Shown here piece by piece: positions 1 through 7,912 of a stretch of DNA of 32,534 nt (position 1 is the first letter of the stretch; every line of letters begins with the position of its first letter). This stretch comes from a virus. The notes under the pieces were generated by a model that worked only from the letters and a program-made list of their open reading frames with translations, was not told the DNA's origin and ran no database searches. The translations under genes were made by a program, and so were the position numbers. The stretch lies in the IMG/VR virus record IMGVR_UViG_3300035510_000237; one strand, written 5' to 3'.

Positions 1-254
1 AAGATACTGAGAAAGGTAACTCTCTTCAAGGTATTAATTTTTGTATTACAGGAAAGCTAACTAAATATAAAAATCGTGATGCTTTAAAGGCTGAAATTGA
101 AAACAATGGTGGTAAAGTATTAAGTTCAATCAGTAAGAATACTAACTATTTAATCAATAATGATGTAAATAGTTCAAGTAGTAAGAACGCTTCTGCTAAA
201 AAAATGGGAATTCCCATTATTTCGGAAGAAGAATTTATTGAGAAATTTTTATAA
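1..254 (+). CDS. ligA: NAD-dependent DNA ligase, C-terminal BRCT domain (5'-partial)
   Basis: Frame 3 reads ...NSLQGINFCITGKLTKYKNRDALKAEIENNGGKVLSSISKNTNYLINN...KMGIPIISEEEFIEKFL, then TAA at 252-254. This is the LigA C-terminal BRCT pattern (G-x-TG-L...R-EA...IE-GGKV-SVSKKT-YLV). The gene continues upstream of the window. Confidence 0.65.
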   Translation, partial: DTEKGNSLQGINFCITGKLTKYKNRDALKAEIENNGGKVLSSISKNTNYLINNDVNSSSSKNASAKKMGIPIISEEEFIEKFL

Positions 255-261
255 TTTTTTC

Positions 262-290
262 TTGACATAAGAAAAAAAATATTATATAAT
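262..290 (+). promoter_or_regulatory. sigma70-type promoter (TTGACA-17-TATAAT)
   Basis: TTGACA at 262-267, 17-nt spacer, TATAAT at 285-290, upstream of the small ORF at 329. Confidence 0.5.
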
Positions 291-328
291 ATGCTTGTAA
301 ATAAAACAAAAGGATGAAAAATAAATCT

Positions 329-523
329 ATGAAGAAAAAAGAGCTATAGGCTCTAGCGAAAAAGATTGCTAACGCAGAATATATCATTTAGCACAGCGAT
401 GATAAAAAGGCTATCGCAAGAGCGCAAGAGGAAACTATTAAACTTTGTAGTCATGTTGATAGTCTTGATGACATTACTTTAATAGATGAATATGTTCAAG
501 AATATTTAAGAAAAAAATCTTGA
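329..523 (+). CDS. hypothetical small protein (64 aa, 2 in-frame TAG read as Gln)
   Basis: ATG at 329 and TGA stop at 521-523. Two internal TAG codons (EL-TAG-AL and II-TAG-HS). The gene overlaps the -35 box of the next promoter. Confidence 0.45.
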
Positions 524-548
524 CAATTTAAAATTTTTTTGTTATAAT
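519..548 (+). promoter_or_regulatory. sigma70-type promoter
   Basis: TTGACA at 519-524, 18-nt spacer, TATAAT at 543-548. It is followed by the RBS AAGGAG at 597-602. Confidence 0.45.
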
Positions 549-613
549 ATTTACATGAAAAGTTCAAGAAATTTAGAACAAATATTTTTAATTTTAAAGG
601 AGATTATTTAATT

Positions 614-877
614 ATGGCAATGAGCGAGAAGTCTAAGAAGATTTTTGAGTATTTGAAGAGCATTAATGGTGCTAATGTTACTGCTGCTGATGTGGCAACT
701 ACCCTTGGCCTTGAGAAGCGTACAGTTGATGGCGCATTCACTTCTGCAATTTAGAAGAAGGGCTATGGTATTCGTGTTCCCGCAGAGGTTGAGCTGCCAG
801 ATCACTCTCATGCAAAGGTGAAGTTCCTCCAGCTGACTGACGAGGGCATGGCGCTGGATCTTGACTCACTTGAGTAA
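614..877 (+). CDS. winged-helix DNA-binding protein (87 aa, 1 TAG), paralog of 3412-3768
   Basis: RBS AAGGAG, ATG at 614, TAA at 875-877. Reads ...ADVATTLGLEKRTVDGAFTSAI(TAG)KKGYGIRV, which is HTH-like and resembles ...KDIAEGLFVSSRTVSGAFRKLVSDGFVEKV in the 3412 gene. Codon usage is GC-richer than in neighbouring genes. Confidence 0.55.
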
Positions 878-886
878 TTAATTATA

Positions 887-918
887 AAGGGGTAGAGTAA
901 TCTGCCCCTTATTTTTAT
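887..918 (+). terminator. rho-independent terminator
   Basis: 10-bp stem AAGGGGTAGA/TCTGCCCCTT with one G-U pair and a GTAA loop, followed by ATTTTTAT. Confidence 0.7.
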
Positions 919-924
919 AAAACC

Positions 925-1914
925 ATGTTTATTATTTATATTTTAATTGGTCTAATTGTTGGCGCAATTGCTGCATATTTAATTATTAGGCCAAAATTAA
1001 AAACTACTCAAGTGGCAGACCAAGAAACCGCTAATAAAAATCAAGAACTTTTAAATAAAAACAAAGAATTATCTAAAGAATTAAATTAGCGACAAGAAGA
1101 ATTAACTTCTTTAAATCAGTAGATTTATATTCTTGACGATAAAAAAATTAGATATACAGAAGAATTACAAAACCAAATAGACCAAAGTAAAGAGATTGCT
1201 AAAACTATTTATGACCAAGATTTAAAACTTGCTAAGAATCAACTTGAAAAAGATAAAGAGCAATTAAAAAAAGATTATTAGCAAGCTTCACAAGAATTTT
1301 CAGAAGCTTATTTAGAATCATTAAATGATTCCGCTAAATATTTTACTACTACTATTACCAGCAAAAAAGAAACTCTTGATGCTTTAGAGGAGTAGATTGC
1401 TCAATATAATAAAGATATGTCTGCAATGGTTGAAGCTAATAAAAGAGCAGAAGAAATATCTTAGCAATCAAATTTTTATCGTTTAAATCTTTCTGATGAA
1501 GATATTGAAGAAATTAAAAAGTTGCGTTCTATTATTCCTTATTTAAGGAACCCAGAAGCTTTAAATAAAGTAATTTGGAAAACATATTATGAAAAGCCTT
1601 ATTCAGATTTAGTTGGCCGAGTAATTGGAACCGGAGTTCATACTGGAATTTATAAAATCACAAACCTAGAAAACGGAATGTGTTATGTAGGCTAGAGCGT
1701 AAATTTGATAGAACGTTGGCGGCAACACATTAAACGAGGTATTGGCGCAGAAACGCCAACCCGCAATAAATTATATCCAGCCATGTTAGCTATTGGAGTT
1801 GAAAATTTCACTTTTGAAGTTATTGAGGAATGTAGTAAAGATTAGCTGGATGAACGAGAAGATTATTGGCAAAACTATTTCCACTCAAATGAGTTTGGAT
1901 ACAGCATTAAATAA
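925..1914 (+). CDS. membrane-anchored coiled-coil protein with C-terminal GIY-YIG nuclease domain (329 aa, 8 TAG)
   Basis: The N-terminus MFIIYILIGLIVGAIAAYLIIRP is a transmembrane helix. About 200 aa of K/E/Q-rich coiled coil follows. The C-terminus GIYKITNLENGMCYVG(TAG)SVNLIERWRQH...NFTFEVIEE is a GIY-YIG domain. TAG occupies the conserved Gln of YIGQS. The stop is TAA at 1912-1914. Confidence 0.65.
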
Positions 1915-1927
1915 GGAGATTATTTAA

Positions 1928-2215
1928 TTGGTTAGAATTATTGATAAGAGAGCATCAGGAAAAACAAGCAGACTTATGCTAATCGCAAAGGAAAATAATG
2001 CTACATTTGTTTGCTCAAATCCAGCTGTTATGGAAGCCAAAGCTCATGCTTATGGTATTGTAGGAATTAATTTTATTTCCTATAGAGACTTTTTAAAAAG
2101 AAGTCAACAGCCTTTTAATTATGTAGTAGATGAATTAGAGAATTTTATTGCTTATATGAATACTTATGAAAAGCGTGGAAAAATGATTGCCTATAGTCTG
2201 AGTAATGAGGAGTAA
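1928..2215 (+). CDS. hypothetical protein with P-loop-like motif (95 aa)
   Basis: TTG start 9 nt after AAGGAG. The 17-nt RBS context AAGGAGATTATTTAATT is identical to the one at 597-613. The motif DKRASGKTSRL resembles a Walker A. No internal TAG. Confidence 0.45.
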   Translation: MVRIIDKRASGKTSRLMLIAKENNATFVCSNPAVMEAKAHAYGIVGINFISYRDFLKRSQQPFNYVVDELENFIAYMNTYEKRGKMIAYSLSNEE

Positions 2216-2220
2216 TAAAT

Positions 2221-2586
2221 TTGGAATTTAGAAATATTAGAACTTTTAATTGGGAAAATGCGCTGAGGGGAATGCGCAATCCTAAAGAGTCATATGATAG
2301 AATTGACAGCTAGTATGGTATTGCGCCTTATGATGCTTATGAGGATGTCGTAAATACTTTTATCTAGGAATTAGAGCCTGACGCAGAATATTCAGAAGAA
2401 TTTTATCAGAATAGTATTATTCACGAAGGTATTCTTGGGGATGATTCTTATATTGAATATGCTATGATTGGCCCTAAAGACATGAAGCTGGCGCAGACTC
2501 TTATTAAGGCTGGCCCAGAGCATCGTAAATTTCTACGTTAGATTTTCGTGAGTGTAGATATTACCGCTCCGTTATACTGGTATTAA
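2221..2586 (+). CDS. Thy1/ThyX-like (flavin-dependent thymidylate synthase-like) protein, exon 1 (3 TAG)
   Basis: TTG start after GAGGAG. Reads ...IKAGPEHRKFLRQIFVSVDITAPLYWY, which resembles the ThyX segment ...GHE-P-EH-F-F-V-APIF-. It ends in TAA at 2584-2586, directly before the intron-like sequence. Confidence 0.45.
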
Positions 2587-2899
2587 GGAGAAATTCTTTC
2601 TGCCAATGAAATACTTTTCCTAGTTATCGCTAGGGGTTGCGGATTTCCAATTTTTTGGTAAAACGCAGCTAACGGGGAACCACCCATTGGAATCCCGTGG
2701 GAAACTAATTGAATGATTAGAACCTGTAGAGACTATTCCCTAAGCCTTATGGGCAGGGAAGTAGGGCTACTATTGATACGTAGTTATGTTTTAGGAAACG
2801 AAGCATATGAAAATCGAAATGGTATCCTTCACAAGAAGTAAAAGATAGTCCACAAATGGGAAAGAATTTGATACCTACAAAGTCGGCACTGTCGCTAAC
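2587..2899 (+). mobile_element. ORF-less group I intron (approximate bounds) splitting the thyX-like gene
   Basis: A GC-richer non-coding insert. The core R-like element GTAGAGACTAT (GACTAT at 2731-2736) and the S-like element AAGATAGTCC (ATAGTC at 2845-2850) can pair as P7. Short hairpins are present, for example CCCA...TGGG at 2688-2706. Confidence 0.5.
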
Positions 2900-3340
2900 T
2901 CAACCTCCACCATGCACAAGATTCAGAGTAAGCCCATTACTATTGATTGTTTTGAGATTGATGATTATACACCACTTACTACAACTCTTCCATATGGAGA
3001 AAATCAGACAATCGAAGCAAATGTTTTTGAGGGTATTACAATTCCTTATCTTGAGGCTCTTCGTAATAATTATAATGAAACCAAAGATAAGAGAATCTGG
3101 AAGGAGCTTATTAGAGCGCTCCCTGAATCTTGGCTTCAAACTCGAACTGTTACTATGAATTATGAAAATCTTCTTAGTATGTGTTCAAAGAGTCAACGTA
3201 GATTCCATAAGCTAACTGAATGGTCTGGCGATAGCGAAGATTTCGTTACACCTAGTTTTATTAAATTTGCGCGCAGTCTGCCCTATGCGCAAGAGTTCAT
3301 TTTTATTGATGAAGGGCAACAAGAACCAGTAAATGAATGA
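2900..3340 (+). CDS. Thy1/ThyX-like protein, exon 2 (5' boundary approximate)
   Basis: Reads ...WKELIRALPESWLQTRTVTMNYENLLSMCSKSQRRFHKLTEW, which matches the ThyX C-terminal pattern R-x-LP-x4-TR-x3-T-x-N-x3-L-x6-R-x3-H-x3-E. TGA stop at 3338-3340. No canonical RHR(X)7S motif was located. Confidence 0.45.
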   Translation, partial: STSTMHKIQSKPITIDCFEIDDYTPLTTTLPYGENQTIEANVFEGITIPYLEALRNNYNETKDKRIWKELIRALPESWLQTRTVTMNYENLLSMCSKSQRRFHKLTEWSGDSEDFVTPSFIKFARSLPYAQEFIFIDEGQQEPVNE

Positions 3341-3347
3341 GTTAATA

Positions 3348-3376
3348 TTGACTTTTTAAATTAAATATGATATAAT
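3348..3376 (+). promoter_or_regulatory. sigma70 promoter with extended -10 (TTGACT-17-TGaTATAAT)
   Basis: TTGACT at 3348-3353 and TATAAT at 3371-3376. The motif ATATGATATAATATATATA is repeated at 5934-5952. Confidence 0.5.
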
Positions 3377-3411
3377 ATATATACAAGATATAGAAAGTGA
3401 GTTTTTAGAAA

Positions 3412-3768
3412 ATGACTAAAAAGCAAGAATTTATCGAGTATGTAGAAAATTTAATTAAAAATCAAAATGAACCAATTGAAATGAGTGAAAGTGTTCGGTT
3501 TTATTGGGAAGCCCTTAAAGCTGGACAAAACACAAAAGAAAAACCACTTTTTACGGATAATGGAAAACTTGTTCTCCAGTATATGAAGGATAATCTTGAT
3601 ACTGAAATGTGGAAATCTAAGGATATTGCAGAAGGCTTGTTTGTTTCTTCTCGTACTGTATCTGGAGCTTTCCGCAAGTTGGTATCAGATGGCTTTGTAG
3701 AGAAGGTTGGAGAGAATCCAACAATATATACATTAACCGAAGATGGAAAGAATATTGTAATTGAATAA
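3412..3768 (+). CDS. winged-helix DNA-binding protein (118 aa), paralog of 614-877
   Basis: ATG at 3412, TAA stop. HTH-like region KDIAEGLFVSSRTVSGAFRKLVSDGFVEKV. No TAG. Confidence 0.55.
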   Translation: MTKKQEFIEYVENLIKNQNEPIEMSESVRFYWEALKAGQNTKEKPLFTDNGKLVLQYMKDNLDTEMWKSKDIAEGLFVSSRTVSGAFRKLVSDGFVEKVGENPTIYTLTEDGKNIVIE

Positions 3769-3789
3769 TTAAAAAAAGGAGAAAATATT

Positions 3790-4734
3790 ATGTCTAAGAA
3801 AATGATTAATGAATGCCATATCGAAGGATTTCTCTATAATCATACTCTCAAGGAGAAGGTAACTGGCGAGACTTCTAAGAACCCTGGTACTCAGTATATT
3901 ACTGGCGAGGTAGAGATTGCTACCGATAATAACCTGACAAATGTTGTAAAGGTGCATTTTACTTATGTGACCGCGATTACAAAGAGTAAGCAGCCCAATG
4001 CAACTTATACGACACTGAAGAATATCATTGATGGTAAGCTGAAGTCTATTATGGGCGATGGCATTGAGAATGCAGCTAAGCTTCGTATTGATACTGCTAT
4101 TGGTCTAAGAGAGTTCTATTCTGACCGTAATGGTAATGAAGAGCTTGTTAGTGTTAAGCGCAATGAGGGTGGTTTTGTTCATAATGCTTCTCTGCTGAAT
4201 GAGGATGAAAATAAGCGTAATACCTTTAAGACAGATATGGTCATTACAAATGTTGTCCATGTTGAAGCAGATGAAGAGACTTCTACTCCTGAGAAGGGGA
4301 TTGTTAAGGGCTTTGTCTTTAATTTCCGCAAGGATTTGCTCCCTGTGCAGTTTACAGTGCTGAATCCTAATGCTATCAGTTATTTTGAGAGCCTTGAAGC
4401 ATCTCCTAATACGCCTGTATTTACTCAAGTTTGGGGCCGTCAGGTATCTCAGACTACTGTAAAGCAGACTATTACTAAGTCTGCTTTCGGCGAGGATGAC
4501 GTTAAGGAAACTGTAACTTCTCAGAAGGATTTTGTCATCACTGGTGCCCTTGCTGATACTTATATTTGGGATGATGAATCTACTATCCTTGCATCTGAGT
4601 TCCAGACCGCTCTTAATGAAAGAGAGATTACCCTGGCAACTCTGAAGAAGAATGCCGATGAGTATAAAGCTAAGAAGGCCGAGACTGCAAATGTGAGTGC
4701 TGCGGCTCCTGCGGCTGGCGTTTTTAACTTTTAA
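3790..4734 (+). CDS. hypothetical protein (314 aa), adjacent to the Sak4-like ATPase, possibly a ssDNA-binding partner
   Basis: RBS AAGGAG, ATG at 3790, TAA stop. No TAG. Codon usage is GC-richer (AAG, GAG, CTG). Function is inferred only from position. Confidence 0.55.
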   Translation: MSKKMINECHIEGFLYNHTLKEKVTGETSKNPGTQYITGEVEIATDNNLTNVVKVHFTYVTAITKSKQPNATYTTLKNIIDGKLKSIMGDGIENAAKLRIDTAIGLREFYSDRNGNEELVSVKRNEGGFVHNASLLNEDENKRNTFKTDMVITNVVHVEADEETSTPEKGIVKGFVFNFRKDLLPVQFTVLNPNAISYFESLEASPNTPVFTQVWGRQVSQTTVKQTITKSAFGEDDVKETVTSQKDFVITGALADTYIWDDESTILASEFQTALNEREITLATLKKNADEYKAKKAETANVSAAAPAAGVFNF

Positions 4735-4753
4735 TTAACCTTGAGGTGGCATA

Positions 4754-4900
4754 ATGAAGGGAAATAATTATAAAAAGGAAAGAACTTCATTATGCCACTA
4801 TTGCGATTATTCATGTCGCAAAGGGCATAAATGTAAATATTATAAAAAGTATGTGAAAAGTAAATTTTGTAAGAAACGGAGAAAATATAATGGCAATTGA
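4754..4900 (+). CDS. small basic Cys-rich peptide (48 aa), zinc-ribbon-like
   Basis: RBS GAGGTGG, ATG at 4754. Reads MKGNNYKKERTSLCHYCDYSCRKGHKCKYYKKYVKSKFCKKRRKYNGN. Its TGA at 4898-4900 overlaps the Sak4 start at 4890. Confidence 0.35.
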   Translation: MKGNNYKKERTSLCHYCDYSCRKGHKCKYYKKYVKSKFCKKRRKYNGN

Positions 4901-5885
4901 TTTGAAAAATCTACAGCCCCATAAGGTTAGTAGAGATTTAAGTGGATATATTACTTACATTTATGGCGCTGAGAAGGCTGGTAAGACCACCTTTGCCTCT
5001 TAGATGCCTTCTCCTCTGATTCTGGCATTCGAGAAAGGTTATAATGCTCTTCCTGGCGTTATGGCGCAGGATGTCACGACTTGGGGCGAAATGAAGCAGG
5101 TTCTTCGTCAGTTGAAGGACGAAGATATTAAGAATATGTTTAAGTCAGTTATTATTGATACTATTGATATTGCCGGCGGCCTTTGTGAGCGCTATGTTTG
5201 TTCTCAGGCAGGAGTTGATTCCATTGGAGACATTCCTTATGGTCAAGGTTGGACAAAGGTAAAGAAAGAGTTTGAAGATACTTGCCGCACTATTACACAG
5301 CTTGGTTATGCGCTTGTATTTATTTCTCACTCTAAGGATAAGACTTTTAAAGCAAAGAATGGTATTGAATATAATCAGACAGTTCCTACTTGCTCCAGTT
5401 CTTTTAATAATATCGCCAAGGATATGGCTGATATTTATGCTTATGCTGAGAAGTATACTGGCGAAAATGGAGAAGGCAAAGTTCGACTGGTAATGCGTTC
5501 TCCTGATAATAGTGCTGAGACTGGTTGTCGTTTTAAGTATATTAAGCCCATTGTTGAAGAGTTTAATTATGAAAATGTCGTTCAGGCTTTGAATGAGGCC
5601 ATTGACAAGGAAGCTGCTCTTAATGGCGGTAAGTATATTACTAATGACCGTGAAAGCATTGTGACTAAGGCTGAGTACGATTATGATGCTCTGATGAAGG
5701 AGTTCCAGGAGTATGTTGGTGCTCTTATGAATAAGGACCAGGCATACTTTGGACCAAGAATTACTCAGATTATTGAGAAATATCTGGGTAAAGGTAAGAA
5801 GATTTCCGAGGCTTCTATTGACCAGGCAGAGCTTATTAATCTGATTGTAACAGAGATTAAAGAAGATTTGATGGCTGCTGAGTAA
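4890..5885 (+). CDS. Sak4-like RecA-fold ATPase (AAA_24 family recombination protein; 331 aa, 1 TAG)
   Basis: Walker A YIYGAEKAGKTTFAS(TAG)MPSPLILAFEKG and Walker B-like VIIDTIDIAG. The TAG at 5001-5003 joins the upstream start to the 5004-5885 track ORF. Confidence 0.75.
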
Positions 5886-5891
5886 TACATA

Positions 5892-5930
5892 AAGTCAAGT
5901 TGGTGGTAACACTGACTTGACTTTATTTTT
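5892..5930 (+). terminator. rho-independent terminator
   Basis: 9-bp stem AAGTCAAGT/ACTTGACTT followed by a T-tract. The right arm supplies the -35 box of the next promoter. Confidence 0.65.
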
Positions 5931-5945
5931 GAAATATGATATAAT
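5917..5945 (+). promoter_or_regulatory. sigma70 promoter (TTGACT-17-TGaTATAAT)
   Basis: TTGACT at 5917-5922 and TATAAT at 5940-5945. Confidence 0.5.
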
Positions 5946-5977
5946 ATATATAGAAAGAATAGAAGGGAGCGTAAAAG

Positions 5978-6640
5978 ATGCCACATTAGGTACTTTGTTC
6001 TATTTGTCGAGAAAGATTTGATAGAGATAAACAAGAATTTGTACAAACTGGCTCAAGGCGGTATGCTCATGCCGATTGTGCTCTCAGAGAAGCAGAAAGA
6101 ACTAAATCGCCAATTCCAGAAATTATTAATCCTTTAGATTCGGTAATTTGTATTTATTGTCGCAAACCTTTACATAGAAAAGATAAAGATTGCGTAAAAA
6201 TCACCGATACAAAGTATGCTCATGCAGATTGCGTAGAAGTTGAAAATAATAGAGAATTGACAGATTCAGAAAAATTAGATAGATATATTGAGAATCTATT
6301 TAAAACTGATTATGTTTCTGCTAGAATTAGAAAACAAATTAATTCATTTATTGAAGATTATGGATTCTCATATTCTGGGATTTTAAAATCTTTAATTTAT
6401 TTTTATGAGGTAAAAGGCAATTCTATAGAGAAATCTAAAAATGGAATTGGAATAGTTCCTTATATTTATCAAGATGCAAAAAACTATTATTATTCAATTT
6501 GGTTAGCCAAGCAAAAAAATGAGGCAAAACGAATTGAAGAATATGTTCCAGAAGAAAAAGAAATACATATTAAATCGCCGCAAAGGAATGTTAAAAAACG
6601 TCCTTTATTTAGCTTTTTGGATGAAGAGGAGGAATTTTAA
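5978..6640 (+). CDS. zinc-finger protein with duplicated CxxC...YAHADC motif, possible replication organiser (220 aa, 1 TAG)
   Basis: ATG at 5978 after GGGAG. Reads MPH(TAG)VLCSICREKF...RRYAHADC and a second ...CIYCRKPL...KYAHADC. It sits immediately upstream of the DnaB-like helicase. Confidence 0.5.
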
Positions 6641-6661
6641 CTGGCTTCAAAATATGTTGAT

Positions 6662-7912
6662 GTGACCAGTATAATTCAGGTAATTGGTTGTGTATTTAAT
6701 ACACCACAACTTTTGGATTATACTGATAAGTATACAATTATAGATGAAGATTTCCCCAATTCATTCCATAAAATTGTATTTGGGGCAATTTATAAACTCC
6801 ATGAATTAGGGTCAGAAAAAATTACGCTAGAAACAGTTTCAGATTTCTTATCTTCTCGCCCAAAAAGCTATGCCATTTATCAAAAAGAAAAAGGCGAAGA
6901 ATGGTTAATGAATGCGTCAACTGCCGCAGTTGAGTTATCTTTTGATTATTATTATCATAGAATGAAGAAAATGACTTTGCTTCGAGCTTATGATAATTGC
7001 GGTATTGATGTCAGTGATATTTATGACCCAGACAATATTTTAGATACAAAAAAGAAACAGCAACAAGAAGATTATTTAGATAATTCTTCACTTGACCAGA
7101 TTGCTGATAAAATTGATGAAAAGATTAGTTCTATACGACTCCAATATGTTGATGACGCTTATGGAGAAGCATATCAAGCAGGTGATGGAATTATGGAGTT
7201 AATTGATAAATTTAAAGAAGCTCCAGAAGTAGGTATTCCATTATATGGTCAGTTAATTAATACGGTTACGCGAGGCGCAAGATTAAAAAAGTTTTATCTT
7301 CAATCTGCGGCCAGTGGTGTTGGTAAGACTCGTAGCATGATTGCGAATGCTTGTTTTATTGCTTGTGATAAGATTTATGATGAATCATTCGGATGGATAA
7401 AGAATGGGACAAAAGAGCCTACTTTATTCATTACAACAGAGCAGGAACTTGAAGAAATTCAAACTATGATGTTAGCTTTTCTTTCAAATGTAAATGAGGA
7501 ACATATCTTAAATGGTTCTTATGAGGGCAATGAAGAAGAAAGAGTGCGGGAGGCCGCAATTTATCTTTCAGAAAGTCCTTTATATATTGAAGAACTTCCT
7601 GATTTTTCATTAAAGGATGTTGAAGATAGAATAAAGAAGAATATAAGAGATCATGATGTAAAGTATGTGTTTCATGACTACATTCATACCAGCCTCAAGA
7701 TTCTCGAAGAGATAACTCGTCGCAGTGGTGGAATTAAACTCCGAGAGGATAATGTCTTGTTTATGCTATCTACAAGGCTTAAAGATATGTGTAATAAATA
7801 CGGTATCTTTATTATGTCCGCAACTCAGTTAAATGCGGACTATCAAGAATCTAAAACTCCTGACCAAAATCTACTTCGTGGTGCAAAAAGTATTGCTGAT
7901 TGGACAAAGTAA
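6662..7912 (+). CDS. dnaB: DnaB-like replicative helicase, exon 1 (start codon uncertain: GTG at 6662 or earlier)
   Basis: A DnaB N-domain pattern is followed by Walker A SAASGVGKT and ...IMSATQLNADYQESKTPDQNLLRGAKSIADW. That last segment aligns to the DnaB motif SQLNRSLEQR...SDLRESGSIEQDAD. The ORF then stops in TAA at 7910-7912, at the point where the intron begins. Confidence 0.8.
   Translation: MTSIIQVIGCVFNTPQLLDYTDKYTIIDEDFPNSFHKIVFGAIYKLHELGSEKITLETVSDFLSSRPKSYAIYQKEKGEEWLMNASTAAVELSFDYYYHRMKKMTLLRAYDNCGIDVSDIYDPDNILDTKKKQQQEDYLDNSSLDQIADKIDEKISSIRLQYVDDAYGEAYQAGDGIMELIDKFKEAPEVGIPLYGQLINTVTRGARLKKFYLQSAASGVGKTRSMIANACFIACDKIYDESFGWIKNGTKEPTLFITTEQELEEIQTMMLAFLSNVNEEHILNGSYEGNEEERVREAAIYLSESPLYIEELPDFSLKDVEDRIKKNIRDHDVKYVFHDYIHTSLKILEEITRRSGGIKLREDNVLFMLSTRLKDMCNKYGIFIMSATQLNADYQESKTPDQNLLRGAKSIADWTK

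Noticed and set aside
608-811. Minus-strand 67-aa ORF
   Set aside because: It is antisense to a better-supported plus-strand gene (614-877) that has an RBS, a promoter and a paralog. It has no RBS of its own.
2856-3158. Overlapping ORFs 2856-3158 (+) and 2900-3139 (-)
   Set aside because: These are alternative frames and the antisense of the ThyX-like exon 2. Low-complexity translations.
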